Shown here: positions 11,582 to 22,304 of the stretch, in pieces | How positions within the stretch are numbered: position 1 is the first letter of the stretch | Layout: each line of letters begins with the position of its first letter | DNA from: Escherichia coli | GTDB lineage: Bacteria > Pseudomonadota > Gammaproteobacteria > Enterobacterales > Enterobacteriaceae | Direction: 5' to 3' (one strand) | Assembly: GCF_003334815.1 (NCBI RefSeq) | Contig: NZ_QOWO01000008.1 | Length of the DNA: 64,000 nt | The notes under the pieces: generated by a model | Databases searched by the model: none | Told to the model about the DNA's origin: nothing | Seen by the model: only the letters and a program-made list of their open reading frames with translations | Position numbers and translations under genes: made by a program

Positions 11582-13492
11582 TTACCTGGAGGATGGTATC
11601 GCAAGGAAACGAACCGCACGGGCAATGTCACGGGTGCGTGGCGCGGGCGGCAGACTGGCGAGAAACGTCGCGCCGTAAGGACGCATCACCAGCCGATTGT
11701 CACAAATCACCAGCACGCCACGATCGTCGGCGTCGCGAATCAGTCGCCCTACCCCCTGTTTGAGAGTAATGACGGCATCTGGTAGTTGCACTTCATCGAA
11801 CGGGTCGCCACCGCGCAAACGACAATCTTCCATGCGCGCTTTTAACAGTGGATCATCCGGCGAGGTAAACGGCAATTTGTCGATAATTACCAATGACAAT
11901 GTATCGCCACGCACGTCCACCCCTTCCCAGAAACTGCTGGTTGCCACAAGAAGCGCATTACCGGCGCTGACAAATTGCTGCAACAGTTGCCCTTTGCTGG
12001 TTTCCCCCTGCAACAATACAGGAAGCGTCATGGTAGCGCGGAACTGCTCGGCCAGATCGCGCATCATGGCGTGCGAGGTACAAAGCATAAAACAACGACC
12101 GTTGTTAGCTTCGATGATCGGTCGCAGCATTGCCGCTAACTGGCGAGCAGAACCTGGCTGGTTGGTTTGCGGCAGATTGCGCGGCACACAGAGTAACGCC
12201 TGGCGGCTGTAATCAAATGGGCTGGGCAACAGCAACGACTCGGCCTGTTCGATGCCAAGCCGCGAGGTGAAATGATGCAGATCGTCGTTCACCGACAGCG
12301 TTGCTGAGGTGAAGATCCAGCTACCGGGTTTTTGCGCCATTAACTCTTTGAATTTATCCGCCACGCTGAGCGGCGTGAGAGCCAGAGTAAAATGGCGCGA
12401 AGTGCATTCGTACCAGTAGCTGTAGCCCGGCTGATTGATCTCTTTTAGCCGCTTCAGCCGTGTGCGATACAACGTGGCGCGCTCAAATGCCGCATCCAGC
12501 AAGGCGGAACGCCCCAGTGACAGTTTCGCCACGTCATAACAAAGTTCCAGGGTGTCATCGAGCAGTAAAAATGCCCGCTGAATTTGCGGATTAGCTAACA
12601 GCTCACGCAGGTTACCGCGATAACCTGGCTCACCGAGTTGCAGACGAAAATCCTGCGCACTCTGGGCAAGACGATCAGCGCACTTTTGTAACTGCTGGGT
12701 GTCTTTTAATTCGGTGCGGTAGGCGATGGTGATGTCTTTTGCCAGGTCGAGCAGTTGTCGACTGGAGAGTGACTGACCAAAATACTGGCTGGCAATGTCC
12801 GGTAGCTGGTGGGCTTCGTCGAAGATCATGACGTCCGCTTCCGGGATCAGTTCGCCAAATCCACTCTCTTTAACCACCATATCCGCCAGAAAGAGATGAT
12901 GGTTTACCACCACCACATCGGCGTCCATCGCTTTTTTACGTGCTTTGACCACAAAGCAATCTTTATACATCGGGCAGTCGCTGCCAAGACAGTTGTCGTT
13001 GGTGCTGGTGACCAGCGGCCACGCCTGTGAATCTTCCGCCACGCTGACGCAGGTGCTGATATCACCATCGACTGTTTGATTAGACCAGGAGCGCAGCAGG
13101 ATCACATCGCTTAAGATTTGTACCGGCAGATCGCCCCCCGCCAGCGCCTGCTGTTCGAGACGTTCGAGGCAGAGGTAGTTTGAGCGCCCTTTCAGCAGCG
13201 CCACGTTGCCCGTATATTTCAATGCCTTTGAGACTGTTGGCAAATCGCGGCTGTAGAGCTGATCCTGCAACGCTTTTGAGCCGGTCGAGATAATGACTTT
13301 CTTTTTCGCCCGCAGCGCAGGAGCCAGGTAAGCGTAGGTTTTGCCCGTACCGGTTCCTGCTTCCACCACCAGCGGCTGGCCTTTTTCTATCGCCTGGGTG
13401 ACGGCTACCGCCATCTGTCGCTGTGGTTCTCGCGGCTTAAAGCCTGGTATCGCTTTCGCCAGCTGACCGTCTGGTGCAAAATCGTCCGTCAC
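11582..13492 (-). CDS. yoaA: DinG-family ATP-dependent DNA helicase
   Basis: 636 aa, Walker A (GTGTGKT), DEAH box, Fe-S cysteine cluster. Confidence 0.9.
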   Translation of the reverse strand: MTDDFAPDGQLAKAIPGFKPREPQRQMAVAVTQAIEKGQPLVVEAGTGTGKTYAYLAPALRAKKKVIISTGSKALQDQLYSRDLPTVSKALKYTGNVALLKGRSNYLCLERLEQQALAGGDLPVQILSDVILLRSWSNQTVDGDISTCVSVAEDSQAWPLVTSTNDNCLGSDCPMYKDCFVVKARKKAMDADVVVVNHHLFLADMVVKESGFGELIPEADVMIFDEAHQLPDIASQYFGQSLSSRQLLDLAKDITIAYRTELKDTQQLQKCADRLAQSAQDFRLQLGEPGYRGNLRELLANPQIQRAFLLLDDTLELCYDVAKLSLGRSALLDAAFERATLYRTRLKRLKEINQPGYSYWYECTSRHFTLALTPLSVADKFKELMAQKPGSWIFTSATLSVNDDLHHFTSRLGIEQAESLLLPSPFDYSRQALLCVPRNLPQTNQPGSARQLAAMLRPIIEANNGRCFMLCTSHAMMRDLAEQFRATMTLPVLLQGETSKGQLLQQFVSAGNALLVATSSFWEGVDVRGDTLSLVIIDKLPFTSPDDPLLKARMEDCRLRGGDPFDEVQLPDAVITLKQGVGRLIRDADDRGVLVICDNRLVMRPYGATFLASLPPAPRTRDIARAVRFLAIPSSR

Positions 13493-13623
13493 ACTACCCC
13501 CTGTTGATTTGAACAGGGATTATGTCAGGATGAGGGCGCTTTCGCCAGTTGAAGTGGTGACGGCGACCTCACATTGTGGCAGTCTTTGCAGCACGAAAAT
13601 GGAAGTATAATGAGGACAAAATG

Positions 13624-13968
13624 ATGACTATCGTTCGTATCGATGCTGAAGCCCGCTGGTCTGATGTAGTAATCCACAACAACACGCTCTACTACACTGG
13701 TGTACCGGAAAACCTCGACGCCGATGCCTTTGAGCAAACCGCCAACACGCTGGCACAGATTGACGCCGTGCTGGAAAAACAGGGCAGCAATAAATCGAGC
13801 ATTCTGGATGCCACCATTTTCCTGGCCGATAAAAACGACTTCGCGGCGATGAATAAAGCGTGGGATGCCTGGGTTGTCGCGGGTCATGCGCCGGTGCGCT
13901 GCACGGTACAAGCGGGTTTGATGAACCCGAAGTATAAAGTTGAAATTAAGATTGTGGCTGCGGTGTAA
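13624..13968 (+). CDS. yoaB: RidA/YjgF-family protein
   Basis: 114 aa from ATG 13624 (MTIVRIDAEARW...); ORF-track start 13576 is an extension. Confidence 0.8.
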   Translation: MTIVRIDAEARWSDVVIHNNTLYYTGVPENLDADAFEQTANTLAQIDAVLEKQGSNKSSILDATIFLADKNDFAAMNKAWDAWVVAGHAPVRCTVQAGLMNPKYKVEIKIVAAV

Positions 13969-14389
13969 GCTTTATCGAAGCAAAATAAGTCAGACGATAA
14001 TTTATCGATAATACTGGTCGGTTTTACATAAATCGACCAGAGAATAAGATATTACTGTTGATGCTTCTGCTAATTCATTATTTATATTTATAATTTCAAT
14101 TTTATCTATAAAACTAACTATATAAATAAACATAAACATGCCGTTGTGTTCGCCCTTTGATTAGCAACTCTGGTTTTCTTTCTTAGCTGAACAATCTGGT
14201 TATAGCGTGCGGACTGACCGTTAAATTTCTCCATCTTACTGGATAACACACCATGAGCTGCTACCTTTAAAACACCTGAATGTCAACAGGTTAACTCGTG
14301 CCATATCGTTATAATCCCTTTGATATTAGATGCAAATTAAGGTCATATATAGCCTTATCGATAACATGGTTAATTTTAAGGATAAGAAT

Positions 14390-14689
14390 ATGCCTGCTGT
14401 AATAGATAAAGCCCTGGATTTCATTGGTGCCATGGATGTATCAGCGCCAACACCAAGTTCGATGAATGAAAGCACGGCGAAGGGAATCTTTAAATATTTA
14501 AAAGAACTGGGAGTACCCGCGAGTGCCGCTGATATTACGGCGCGAGCTGACCAGGAAGGCTGGAACCCTGGGTTCACGGAAAAAATGGTTGGATGGGCAA
14601 AAAAAATGGAGACAGGTGAACGTTCTGTGATTAAAAATCCTGAATACTTTTCAACATATATGCAGGAAGAACTAAAAGCACTGGTCTGA
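14390..14689 (+). CDS. yoaC: DUF1889 protein
   Basis: 99 aa from ATG 14390 (MPAVIDKALDF...). Confidence 0.78.
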   Translation: MPAVIDKALDFIGAMDVSAPTPSSMNESTAKGIFKYLKELGVPASAADITARADQEGWNPGFTEKMVGWAKKMETGERSVIKNPEYFSTYMQEELKALV

Positions 14690-14717
14690 GTTAAATTTAT
14701 ATCAGCATAAATGGGTC

Positions 14718-14755
14718 AGGACGCTTTTAATCACATATAAAAAGCGTCCTTTTTC
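14718..14755 (+). terminator. Intrinsic terminator after yoaC
   Basis: AGGACGCTTTT...AAAAGCGTCCT hairpin followed by T5. Confidence 0.6.
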
Positions 14756-14808
14756 TCACAATCAAATGATCATCGGCTTCTATAACGAAATCGATACGGA
14801 TTAGTGTG

Positions 14809-14988
14809 TTACTCGTCTTCATCCTCAAAACGCGCCACGATTCGCTCGCCGGAGTGGTTGGCACGCAGCTCTTCTGCCACCAGCGCGATTGCCTGGCCGC
14901 TGCTCATCCCTTGTGCCATCAGTTCCTGGATCCGCTCGACAGCTTTTTGCTGCTGTTCATGGGTGAGTGAAGGTAAACCTGCAAACAT
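14809..14988 (-). CDS. yoaH: UPF0181 small protein
   Basis: 59 aa minus-strand ORF ([16 protein letters not shown]...EDEDE), below ORF-track size cut-off; hand-translated. Confidence 0.82.
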
Positions 14989-15061
14989 TGTTAACTCCTG
15001 CTAAATTGTTGGCGCTAATTATTTCATGCTACCCGGCACATAGCCAGTAGAGTCAGGACTG

Positions 15062-16423
15062 ATGAAGACGTTATCTCCCGCTGTGATTACTTTACCCTGG
15101 CGTCAGGACGCCGCTGAATTTTATTTCTCCCGCTTAAGCCACCTGCCGTGGGCGATGCTTTTACACTCCGGCTATGCCGATCATCCGTATAGCCGCTTTG
15201 ATATTGTGGTCGCCGAGCCGATTTGCACTTTAACCACTTTCGGTAAAGAAACCGTTGTTAGTGAAAGCGAAAAACGCACAACGACCACTGATGACCCGCT
15301 ACAGGTGCTCCAGCAGGTGCTGGATCGCGCAGACATTCGCCCAACGCATAACGAAGATTTGCCATTTCAGGGCGGCGCACTGGGGTTGTTTGGCTACGAT
15401 CTGGGCCGCCGTTTTGAGTCACTGCCAGAAATTGCGGAACAAGATATCGTTCTGCCGGATATGGCAGTGGGTATCTACGATTGGGCGCTCATTGTCGACC
15501 ACCAGCGTCATACAGTTTCTTTGCTGAGTCATAATGATGTCAATGCCCGTCGGGCCTGGCTGGAAAGCCAGCAATTCTCGCCGCAGGAAGATTTCACGCT
15601 CACTTCCGACTGGCAATCCAATATGACCCGCGAGCAGTACGGCGAAAAATTTCGCCAGGTACAGGAATATCTGCACAGCGGTGATTGCTATCAGGTGAAT
15701 CTCGCCCAACGTTTTCATGCGACCTATTCTGGCGATGAATGGCAGGCATTCCTTCAGCTTAATCAGGCCAACCGCGCGCCATTTAGCGCTTTTTTACGTC
15801 TTGAACAGGGTGCAATTTTAAGCCTTTCGCCAGAGCGGTTTATTCTTTGTGATAATAGTGAAATCCAGACCCGCCCGATTAAAGGCACGCTACCACGCCT
15901 GCCCGATCCTCAGGAAGATAGCAAACAAGCAGTAAAACTGGCGAACTCAGCGAAAGATCGTGCCGAAAATCTGATGATTGTCGATTTAATGCGTAATGAT
16001 ATCGGTCGTGTTGCCGTAGCAGGTTCGGTAAAAGTACCAGAGCTGTTCGTGGTGGAACCCTTCCCTGCCGTGCATCATCTGGTCAGCACCATAACGGCGC
16101 AACTACCAGAACAGTTACACGCCAGCGATCTGCTGCGCGCCGCTTTTCCTGGTGGCTCAATAACCGGGGCTCCGAAAGTACGGGCTATGGAAATTATCGA
16201 CGAACTGGAACCGCAGCGACGCAATGCCTGGTGCGGCAGCATTGGCTATTTGAGCTTTTGCGGCAACATGGATACCAGTATTACTATCCGCACGCTGACT
16301 GCCATTAACGGACAAATTTTCTGCTCTGCGGGCGGTGGAATTGTCGCCGATAGCCAGGAAGAAGCGGAATATCAGGAAACTTTTGATAAAGTTAATCGTA
16401 TCCTGAAGCAACTGGAGAAGTAA
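15062..16423 (+). CDS. pabB: Aminodeoxychorismate synthase component I
   Basis: 453 aa chorismate-binding enzyme. Confidence 0.94.
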   Translation: MKTLSPAVITLPWRQDAAEFYFSRLSHLPWAMLLHSGYADHPYSRFDIVVAEPICTLTTFGKETVVSESEKRTTTTDDPLQVLQQVLDRADIRPTHNEDLPFQGGALGLFGYDLGRRFESLPEIAEQDIVLPDMAVGIYDWALIVDHQRHTVSLLSHNDVNARRAWLESQQFSPQEDFTLTSDWQSNMTREQYGEKFRQVQEYLHSGDCYQVNLAQRFHATYSGDEWQAFLQLNQANRAPFSAFLRLEQGAILSLSPERFILCDNSEIQTRPIKGTLPRLPDPQEDSKQAVKLANSAKDRAENLMIVDLMRNDIGRVAVAGSVKVPELFVVEPFPAVHHLVSTITAQLPEQLHASDLLRAAFPGGSITGAPKVRAMEIIDELEPQRRNAWCGSIGYLSFCGNMDTSITIRTLTAINGQIFCSAGGGIVADSQEEAEYQETFDKVNRILKQLEK

Positions 16424-16426
16424 GAC

Positions 16427-17005
16427 GTGGAATACCGTAGCCTGACGCTTGATGATTTTTTATCGCGCTTTCAACTTTTGCGCCCGCAAATTAACCGGGA
16501 AACCCTAAATCATCGTCAGGCTGCTGTGTTAATCCCCATCGTCCGTCGACCGCAACCGGGGTTGTTGCTGACTCAGCGTTCGATTCATCTGCGTAAACAC
16601 GCTGGACAAGTGGCATTCCCTGGAGGTGCAGTCGATGACACGGACGCATCAGCTATCGCCGCCGCGCTGCGCGAAGCTGAAGAAGAGGTCGCTATACCGC
16701 CTTCCGCCGTTGAAGTTATCGGCGTGCTGCCGCCCGTCGATAGCGTCTCTGGCTACCAGGTAACCCCAGTGGTCGGCATTATCCCGCCCGATCTGCCGTA
16801 TCGCGCCAGTGAAGATGAAGTCTCGGCGGTGTTTGAAATGCCGCTCGCCCAGGCATTACATCTGGGTCGTTATCACCCTTTAGATATCTACCGCCGTGGT
16901 GATTCACATCGGGTATGGCTGTCCTGGTACGAACAGTATTTTGTATGGGGAATGACCGCAGGCATAATTCGTGAGCTGGCGCTGCAAATTGGTGTGAAAC
17001 CCTGA
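16427..17005 (+). CDS. nudL: Nudix hydrolase (CoA pyrophosphatase type)
   Basis: 192 aa, Nudix box ([23 protein letters not shown]). Confidence 0.9.
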   Translation: MEYRSLTLDDFLSRFQLLRPQINRETLNHRQAAVLIPIVRRPQPGLLLTQRSIHLRKHAGQVAFPGGAVDDTDASAIAAALREAEEEVAIPPSAVEVIGVLPPVDSVSGYQVTPVVGIIPPDLPYRASEDEVSAVFEMPLAQALHLGRYHPLDIYRRGDSHRVWLSWYEQYFVWGMTAGIIRELALQIGVKP

Positions 17006-17188
17006 CTATACTTATCTTTACATCTACAAAACACTACTTGAGACAATCATCGCAATATTAGTTAAATCGCGGTTTTTGATTAGTTTAATTCATGTGAATA
17101 GTTAAGCCAGTCGCCGCGTTCCCTCTTACACTATGCGCTGTTATTAGTTCGTTACTGGAAGTCCAGTCACCTTGTCAGGAGTATTATC

Positions 17189-18553
17189 GTGATTAGTCTA
17201 TTCGACATGTTTAAGGTGGGGATTGGTCCCTCATCTTCCCATACCGTAGGGCCTATGAAGGCAGGTAAACAGTTCGTCGATGATCTGGTCGAAAAAGGCT
17301 TACTGGATAGCGTTACTCGCGTTGCCGTGGACGTTTATGGTTCACTGTCGCTGACGGGTAAAGGCCACCACACCGATATCGCCATTATTATGGGTCTTGC
17401 AGGTAACGAACCTGCCACCGTGGATATCGACAGTATTCCCGGTTTTATTCGCGACGTAGAAGAGCGCGAACGTCTGCTGCTGGCACAGGGACGGCATGAA
17501 GTGGATTTCCCGCGCGACAACGGGATGCGTTTTCATAACGGCAACCTGCCGCTGCATGAAAACGGTATGCAAATCCACGCCTATAACGGCGATGAAGTCG
17601 TCTACAGCAAAACTTATTATTCCATCGGCGGCGGTTTTATCGTCGATGAAGAACACTTTGGTCAGGATGCTGCCAACGAAGTAAGCGTGCCGTATCCGTT
17701 CAAATCTGCCACCGAACTGCTCGCGTACTGTAATGAAACCGGCTATTCGCTGTCTGGTCTCGCTATGCAGAACGAACTGGCGCTGCACAGCAAGAAAGAG
17801 ATCGACGAGTATTTCGCGCATGTCTGGCAAACCATGCAGGCATGTATCGATCGCGGGATGAACACCGAAGGTGTACTGCCAGGCCCGCTGCGCGTGCCAC
17901 GTCGTGCGTCTGCCCTGCGCCGGATGCTGGTTTCCAGCGATAAACTGTCTAACGATCCGATGAATGTCATTGACTGGGTAAACATGTTTGCGCTGGCAGT
18001 TAACGAAGAAAACGCCGCCGGTGGTCGTGTGGTAACTGCGCCAACCAACGGTGCCTGCGGTATCGTTCCGGCAGTGCTGGCTTACTATGACCACTTTATT
18101 GAATCGGTCAGCCCGGACATCTATACCCGTTACTTTATGGCAGCGGGCGCGATTGGTGCATTGTATAAAATGAACGCCTCTATTTCCGGTGCGGAAGTTG
18201 GTTGCCAGGGCGAAGTGGGTGTTGCCTGTTCAATGGCTGCTGCGGGTCTTGCAGAACTGCTGGGCGGTAGCCCGGAACAGGTTTGCGTGGCGGCGGAAAT
18301 TGGCATGGAACACAACCTTGGTTTAACCTGCGACCCGGTTGCAGGGCAGGTTCAGGTGCCGTGCATTGAGCGTAATGCCATTGCCTCTGTGAAGGCGATT
18401 AACGCCGCGCGGATGGCTCTGCGCCGCACCAGTGCACCGCGCGTCTCGCTGGATAAGGTCATCGAAACGATGTACGAAACCGGTAAGGACATGAACGCCA
18501 AATACCGCGAAACCTCACGCGGTGGTCTGGCAATCAAAGTCCAGTGTGACTAA
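17189..18553 (+). CDS. sdaA: L-serine dehydratase 1 (Fe-S)
   Basis: 454 aa, single-chain L-serine dehydratase family. Confidence 0.94.
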   Translation: MISLFDMFKVGIGPSSSHTVGPMKAGKQFVDDLVEKGLLDSVTRVAVDVYGSLSLTGKGHHTDIAIIMGLAGNEPATVDIDSIPGFIRDVEERERLLLAQGRHEVDFPRDNGMRFHNGNLPLHENGMQIHAYNGDEVVYSKTYYSIGGGFIVDEEHFGQDAANEVSVPYPFKSATELLAYCNETGYSLSGLAMQNELALHSKKEIDEYFAHVWQTMQACIDRGMNTEGVLPGPLRVPRRASALRRMLVSSDKLSNDPMNVIDWVNMFALAVNEENAAGGRVVTAPTNGACGIVPAVLAYYDHFIESVSPDIYTRYFMAAGAIGALYKMNASISGAEVGCQGEVGVACSMAAAGLAELLGGSPEQVCVAAEIGMEHNLGLTCDPVAGQVQVPCIERNAIASVKAINAARMALRRTSAPRVSLDKVIETMYETGKDMNAKYRETSRGGLAIKVQCD

Positions 18554-18683
18554 TACTTCTTACTCGCCCATCTGCAACGGATGGGCGAATTTATACCCGC
18601 TTTCTCGTCTGCTGTAATATTCCCCACTACACTTCCACTGTTGCGTCAGGCGTTTGTCGCCATACGCTTACAGGGTGGCCCGC

Positions 18684-20282
18684 ATGCAAAAAGCACAACG
18701 GATCATTAAAACCTATCGTCGTAATCGAATGATTGTTTGTACGATTTGCGCACTCGTTACGCTCGCTTCGACCCTGAGCGTGCGATTTATTTCACAGCGT
18801 AACTTAAATCAACAACGGGTAGTACAATTCGCCAATCACGCTGTAGAGGAATTAGATAAAGTACTGCTTCCCCTACAGGCAGGTAGCGAAGTCTTGCTTC
18901 CGCTGATTGGTCTGCCCTGCTCTGTCGCCCATTTGCCATTACGTAAACAGGCGGCAAAACTCCAAACTGTGCGATCCATTGGCCTGGTGCAAGACGGCAC
19001 ACTTTATTGCTCCAGCATTTTTGGTTATCGCAATGTGCCCGTCGTGGACATTCTGGCTGAACTTCCTGCACCGCAACCACTTTTACGCCTGACGATCGAC
19101 CGTGCCCTGATTAAAGGCAGTCCGGTTTTGATTCAATGGACGCCTGCAGCGGGCAGTAGCAATGCTGGGGTCATGGAGATGATTAACATCGACTTACTGA
19201 CGGCAATGCTGCTTGAGCCACAACTGCCGCAAATCAGTAGCGCCAGCCTGACGGTGGACAAACGGCATTTGCTCTATGGTAATGGGCTGGTAGATTCCCT
19301 TCCGCAACCTGAAGACAATGAAAACTATCAGGTTTCTTCGCAACGCTTTCCTTTTACCATTAACGTTAATGGTCCGGGGGCTACGGCGCTGGCATGGCAC
19401 TATCTTCCAACACAATTACCGCTGGCGGTGCTGCTAAGTTTACTGGTGGGCTACATCGCCTGGCTGGCGACCGCTTACCGAATGAGCTTTTCCCGCGAAA
19501 TCAATCTGGGCCTGGCGCAACATGAGTTCGAATTGTTCTGTCAGCCTTTGCTTAATGCGCGCAGCCAGCAATGTATTGGTGTAGAGATTTTGCTGCGCTG
19601 GAACAATCCGCGTCAGGGCTGGATTTCACCGGATGTGTTTATTCCTATCGCGGAAGAACATCATTTAATTGTGCCACTGACCCGCTATGTGATGGCAGAA
19701 ACCATTCGTCAGCGCCATGTTTTCCCGATGAGTAGTCAGTTTCATGTTGGCATTAACGTCGCACCCAGCCATTTTCGCCGTGGTGTGCTGATAAAAGATC
19801 TCAATCAGTACTGGTTTAGCGCTCACCCGATTCAGCAACTGATCCTCGAAATCACCGAACGCGATGCCTTACTGGATGTTGATTATCGGATTGCCCGCGA
19901 GCTGCATCGTAAAAACGTCAAACTGGCGATTGATGACTTCGGCACCGGCAACAGCTCGTTTTCCTGGCTTGAAACATTACGTCCTGACGTGCTGAAAATT
20001 GATAAGTCATTTACCGCAGCTATAGGTTCTGACGCGGTTAACTCGACGGTGACCGATATCATCATCGCGCTGGGGCAAAGACTGAATATTGAACTGGTGG
20101 CGGAGGGCGTGGAAACGCAAGAACAGGCGAAGTATTTGCGCCGTCATGGCGTGCATATTTTGCAAGGGTATTTGTACGCACAGCCGATGCCGCTACGTGA
20201 TTTTCCCAAATGGCTGGCGGGCAGCCAACCGCCGCCCGCCCGGCATAATGGACATATCACGCCCATTATGCCGTTACGTTAA
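18684..20282 (+). CDS. pdeD: c-di-GMP phosphodiesterase, CSS-motif periplasmic domain plus EAL domain
   Basis: ATG at 18684 (MQKAQRIIKTYRRN...) gives 532 aa; EAL signature (EILLRW, DDFGTG) present. Confidence 0.85.
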   Translation: MQKAQRIIKTYRRNRMIVCTICALVTLASTLSVRFISQRNLNQQRVVQFANHAVEELDKVLLPLQAGSEVLLPLIGLPCSVAHLPLRKQAAKLQTVRSIGLVQDGTLYCSSIFGYRNVPVVDILAELPAPQPLLRLTIDRALIKGSPVLIQWTPAAGSSNAGVMEMINIDLLTAMLLEPQLPQISSASLTVDKRHLLYGNGLVDSLPQPEDNENYQVSSQRFPFTINVNGPGATALAWHYLPTQLPLAVLLSLLVGYIAWLATAYRMSFSREINLGLAQHEFELFCQPLLNARSQQCIGVEILLRWNNPRQGWISPDVFIPIAEEHHLIVPLTRYVMAETIRQRHVFPMSSQFHVGINVAPSHFRRGVLIKDLNQYWFSAHPIQQLILEITERDALLDVDYRIARELHRKNVKLAIDDFGTGNSSFSWLETLRPDVLKIDKSFTAAIGSDAVNSTVTDIIIALGQRLNIELVAEGVETQEQAKYLRRHGVHILQGYLYAQPMPLRDFPKWLAGSQPPPARHNGHITPIMPLR

Positions 20283-20285
20283 CGC

Positions 20286-21842
20286 TTACTCATCTTCATC
20301 GTGCGCCGGTTGCTCTTTAACAATGCGAACCAGATCAACACGATAATCATTGGCTTCAATGATGGTGATATGCAGTGGCCCTACATCAATCACATCGCCC
20401 ACACGGGGAATGTGACCATTTGCCGAGATCACGAGGCCCGCGACCGTCGCGATATCATCGTCATCGGCAAGGTGCTCAACATCAAGCGCCTGCTGCAAGG
20501 CATGCAAATCTGTACCGCCTTTTACCAGCCAGCCGTCACCATCAGTAATGATTTCCGGCGTTTCGTCAGCGTCCGGGAATTCACCCGCAATGGCTTCCAG
20601 CACATCCAGCGGCGTGACCAGACCTTGTACCACACCAAACTCGTTGGTCACGATAACAAAGCTCCCGCGAGCACGACGCAGCACGCCCAACAGGTTGATC
20701 GGATCGAGGGTTTCCGGGACGATAATCGCCGGAGACGCCGAAGCAATCGCCGCCACATCAACGCCCTCTTCCAGCGCCACCAGCAGTTCTTTAGCACGTA
20801 CAATACCGATGATTTCATCCAGTTCACCGCGACATACCGGGAACAGACTGTGCGGTGAAGAGAGCAGTTGCTCGCGGATTTCATCGACCCCGAGATTAGC
20901 GTCAACCCAGCTTATTTCACCGCGCGGCGTCATGATCCCGCGCAGAGAACGCGACGCCAGCGTCAGTACGCCGTTAATCATGTAACGTTCTTCTTCGGCA
21001 AATGCACCTTCCGGGATCGGCATCGGCATCGGGTTATCGGCATCGTGCTGAACATTGGCCTGACGTTTCCCGCCCATCAAACGCAGGATGGCATCGGCAG
21101 TACGCGCTCGCAGCGGCAAAGTCGACTGGTGGCGAATAAAGTTGCGACGCGCAATCTGGTTAAACACTTCGATGATGATCGAGAAGCCAATCGCGGCATA
21201 CAGGTAACCTTTCGGAATGTGGAAACCGAAACCTTCTGCCACCAGACTCAGACCAATCATTAACAGGAAGCTCAGACAGAGCACCACCACCGTGGGGTGC
21301 TGGTTAACGAATCGCGTCAGCGGTTTGGATGCCAGCAACATAACCGCCATCGCAATCACTACCGCCGCCATCATCACCGGCAGATGGTTAACCATCCCTA
21401 CTGCAGTAATTACCGCATCCAACGAGAAGACGGCGTCAAGGATGACAATCTGTGTGACGACCACCCAGAAACTGGCGTAGCCTTTACCGTGGCCGGAATC
21501 ATGATCGCGGTTTTCCAGCCGTTCATGCAGTTCGGTTGTTGCTTTGAACAGCAAGAATATCCCCCCGAACAACATAATCAGGTCGCGTCCGGAGAAGGAG
21601 AAATCCATGACGGTAAATAGCGGTTTGGTCAGCGTGACCATCCATGAAATCAGCGACAGCAGCCCCAGACGCATAATCAGCGCCAGTGATAACCCCAGCA
21701 AACGCGCTTTATCGCGTTGTTTTGGCGGCAGTTTATCAGCAAGAATGGCGATGAAGACCAGGTTATCGATACCCAGCACAATTTCGAGAACAACAAGCGT
21801 GAGTAGCCCCGCCCAAATTGAGGGGTCCATTAAGAATTCCAT
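20286..21842 (-). CDS. yoaE: TerC-family membrane protein with CBS pair and CorC/HlyC C-terminal domains
   Basis: 518 aa; TerC-type integral membrane N-terminus, CBS domains. Confidence 0.9.
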
Positions 21843-22304
21843 GACAAGCTCCTGCTTAAGGAATAGCTATTCGACGCCAGAAATAATGCAGGCGTAACGA
21901 CAAAATGCAAACGAAAGGTGCGGCATAGAGTGCCAGAAAGGCAGGCGTTAAAAGGCCTGATGCTGAAATGACGTCGGTGACGATCCATACTGCGGGCTAC
22001 TGCCCTATACTCCATGGTTGTTAAACGGGAGTTAAACATATCAGAGACGCCTCTGATTTGGCAAAGATTTACCTTCCTTTGCAAACGAATGTGACAAGGA
22101 TATTTTACCTTTCGAAATTTCTGCTAATCGAAAGTTAAATTACGGATCTTCATCACATAAAATAATTTTTTCGATATCTAAAATAAATCGCGAAACGCAG
22201 GGGTTTTTGGTTGTAGCCCTTATCTGAATCGATTCGATTGTGGACGACGATTCAAAAATACATCTGGCACGTTGAGGTGTTAACGATAATAAAGGAGGTA
22301 GCAA

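Noticed and set aside
17342-18094. 250 aa antisense ORF inside sdaA; similar long shadow ORFs inside zwf (55372-56340), manY (23435-24196), ptrB (48230-48913), mntP (25932-26474) and yoaE (20301-20985)
   Set aside because: They lie fully inside well-supported genes on the opposite strand or another frame, with no start context and low-complexity translations; typical shadow ORFs.
21830-22084. 84 aa minus-strand ORF in the yoaE leader
   Set aside because: No SD and no recognisable protein features. It is kept only as part of the speculative yoaE leader finding, not called as a gene.
22090-22200. CRP and Mlc operator sites for manX
   Set aside because: TGTGA-containing and TTTCG...CGAAA-like sequences are present, but I could not place convincing full-site matches by eye, so they are not annotated.
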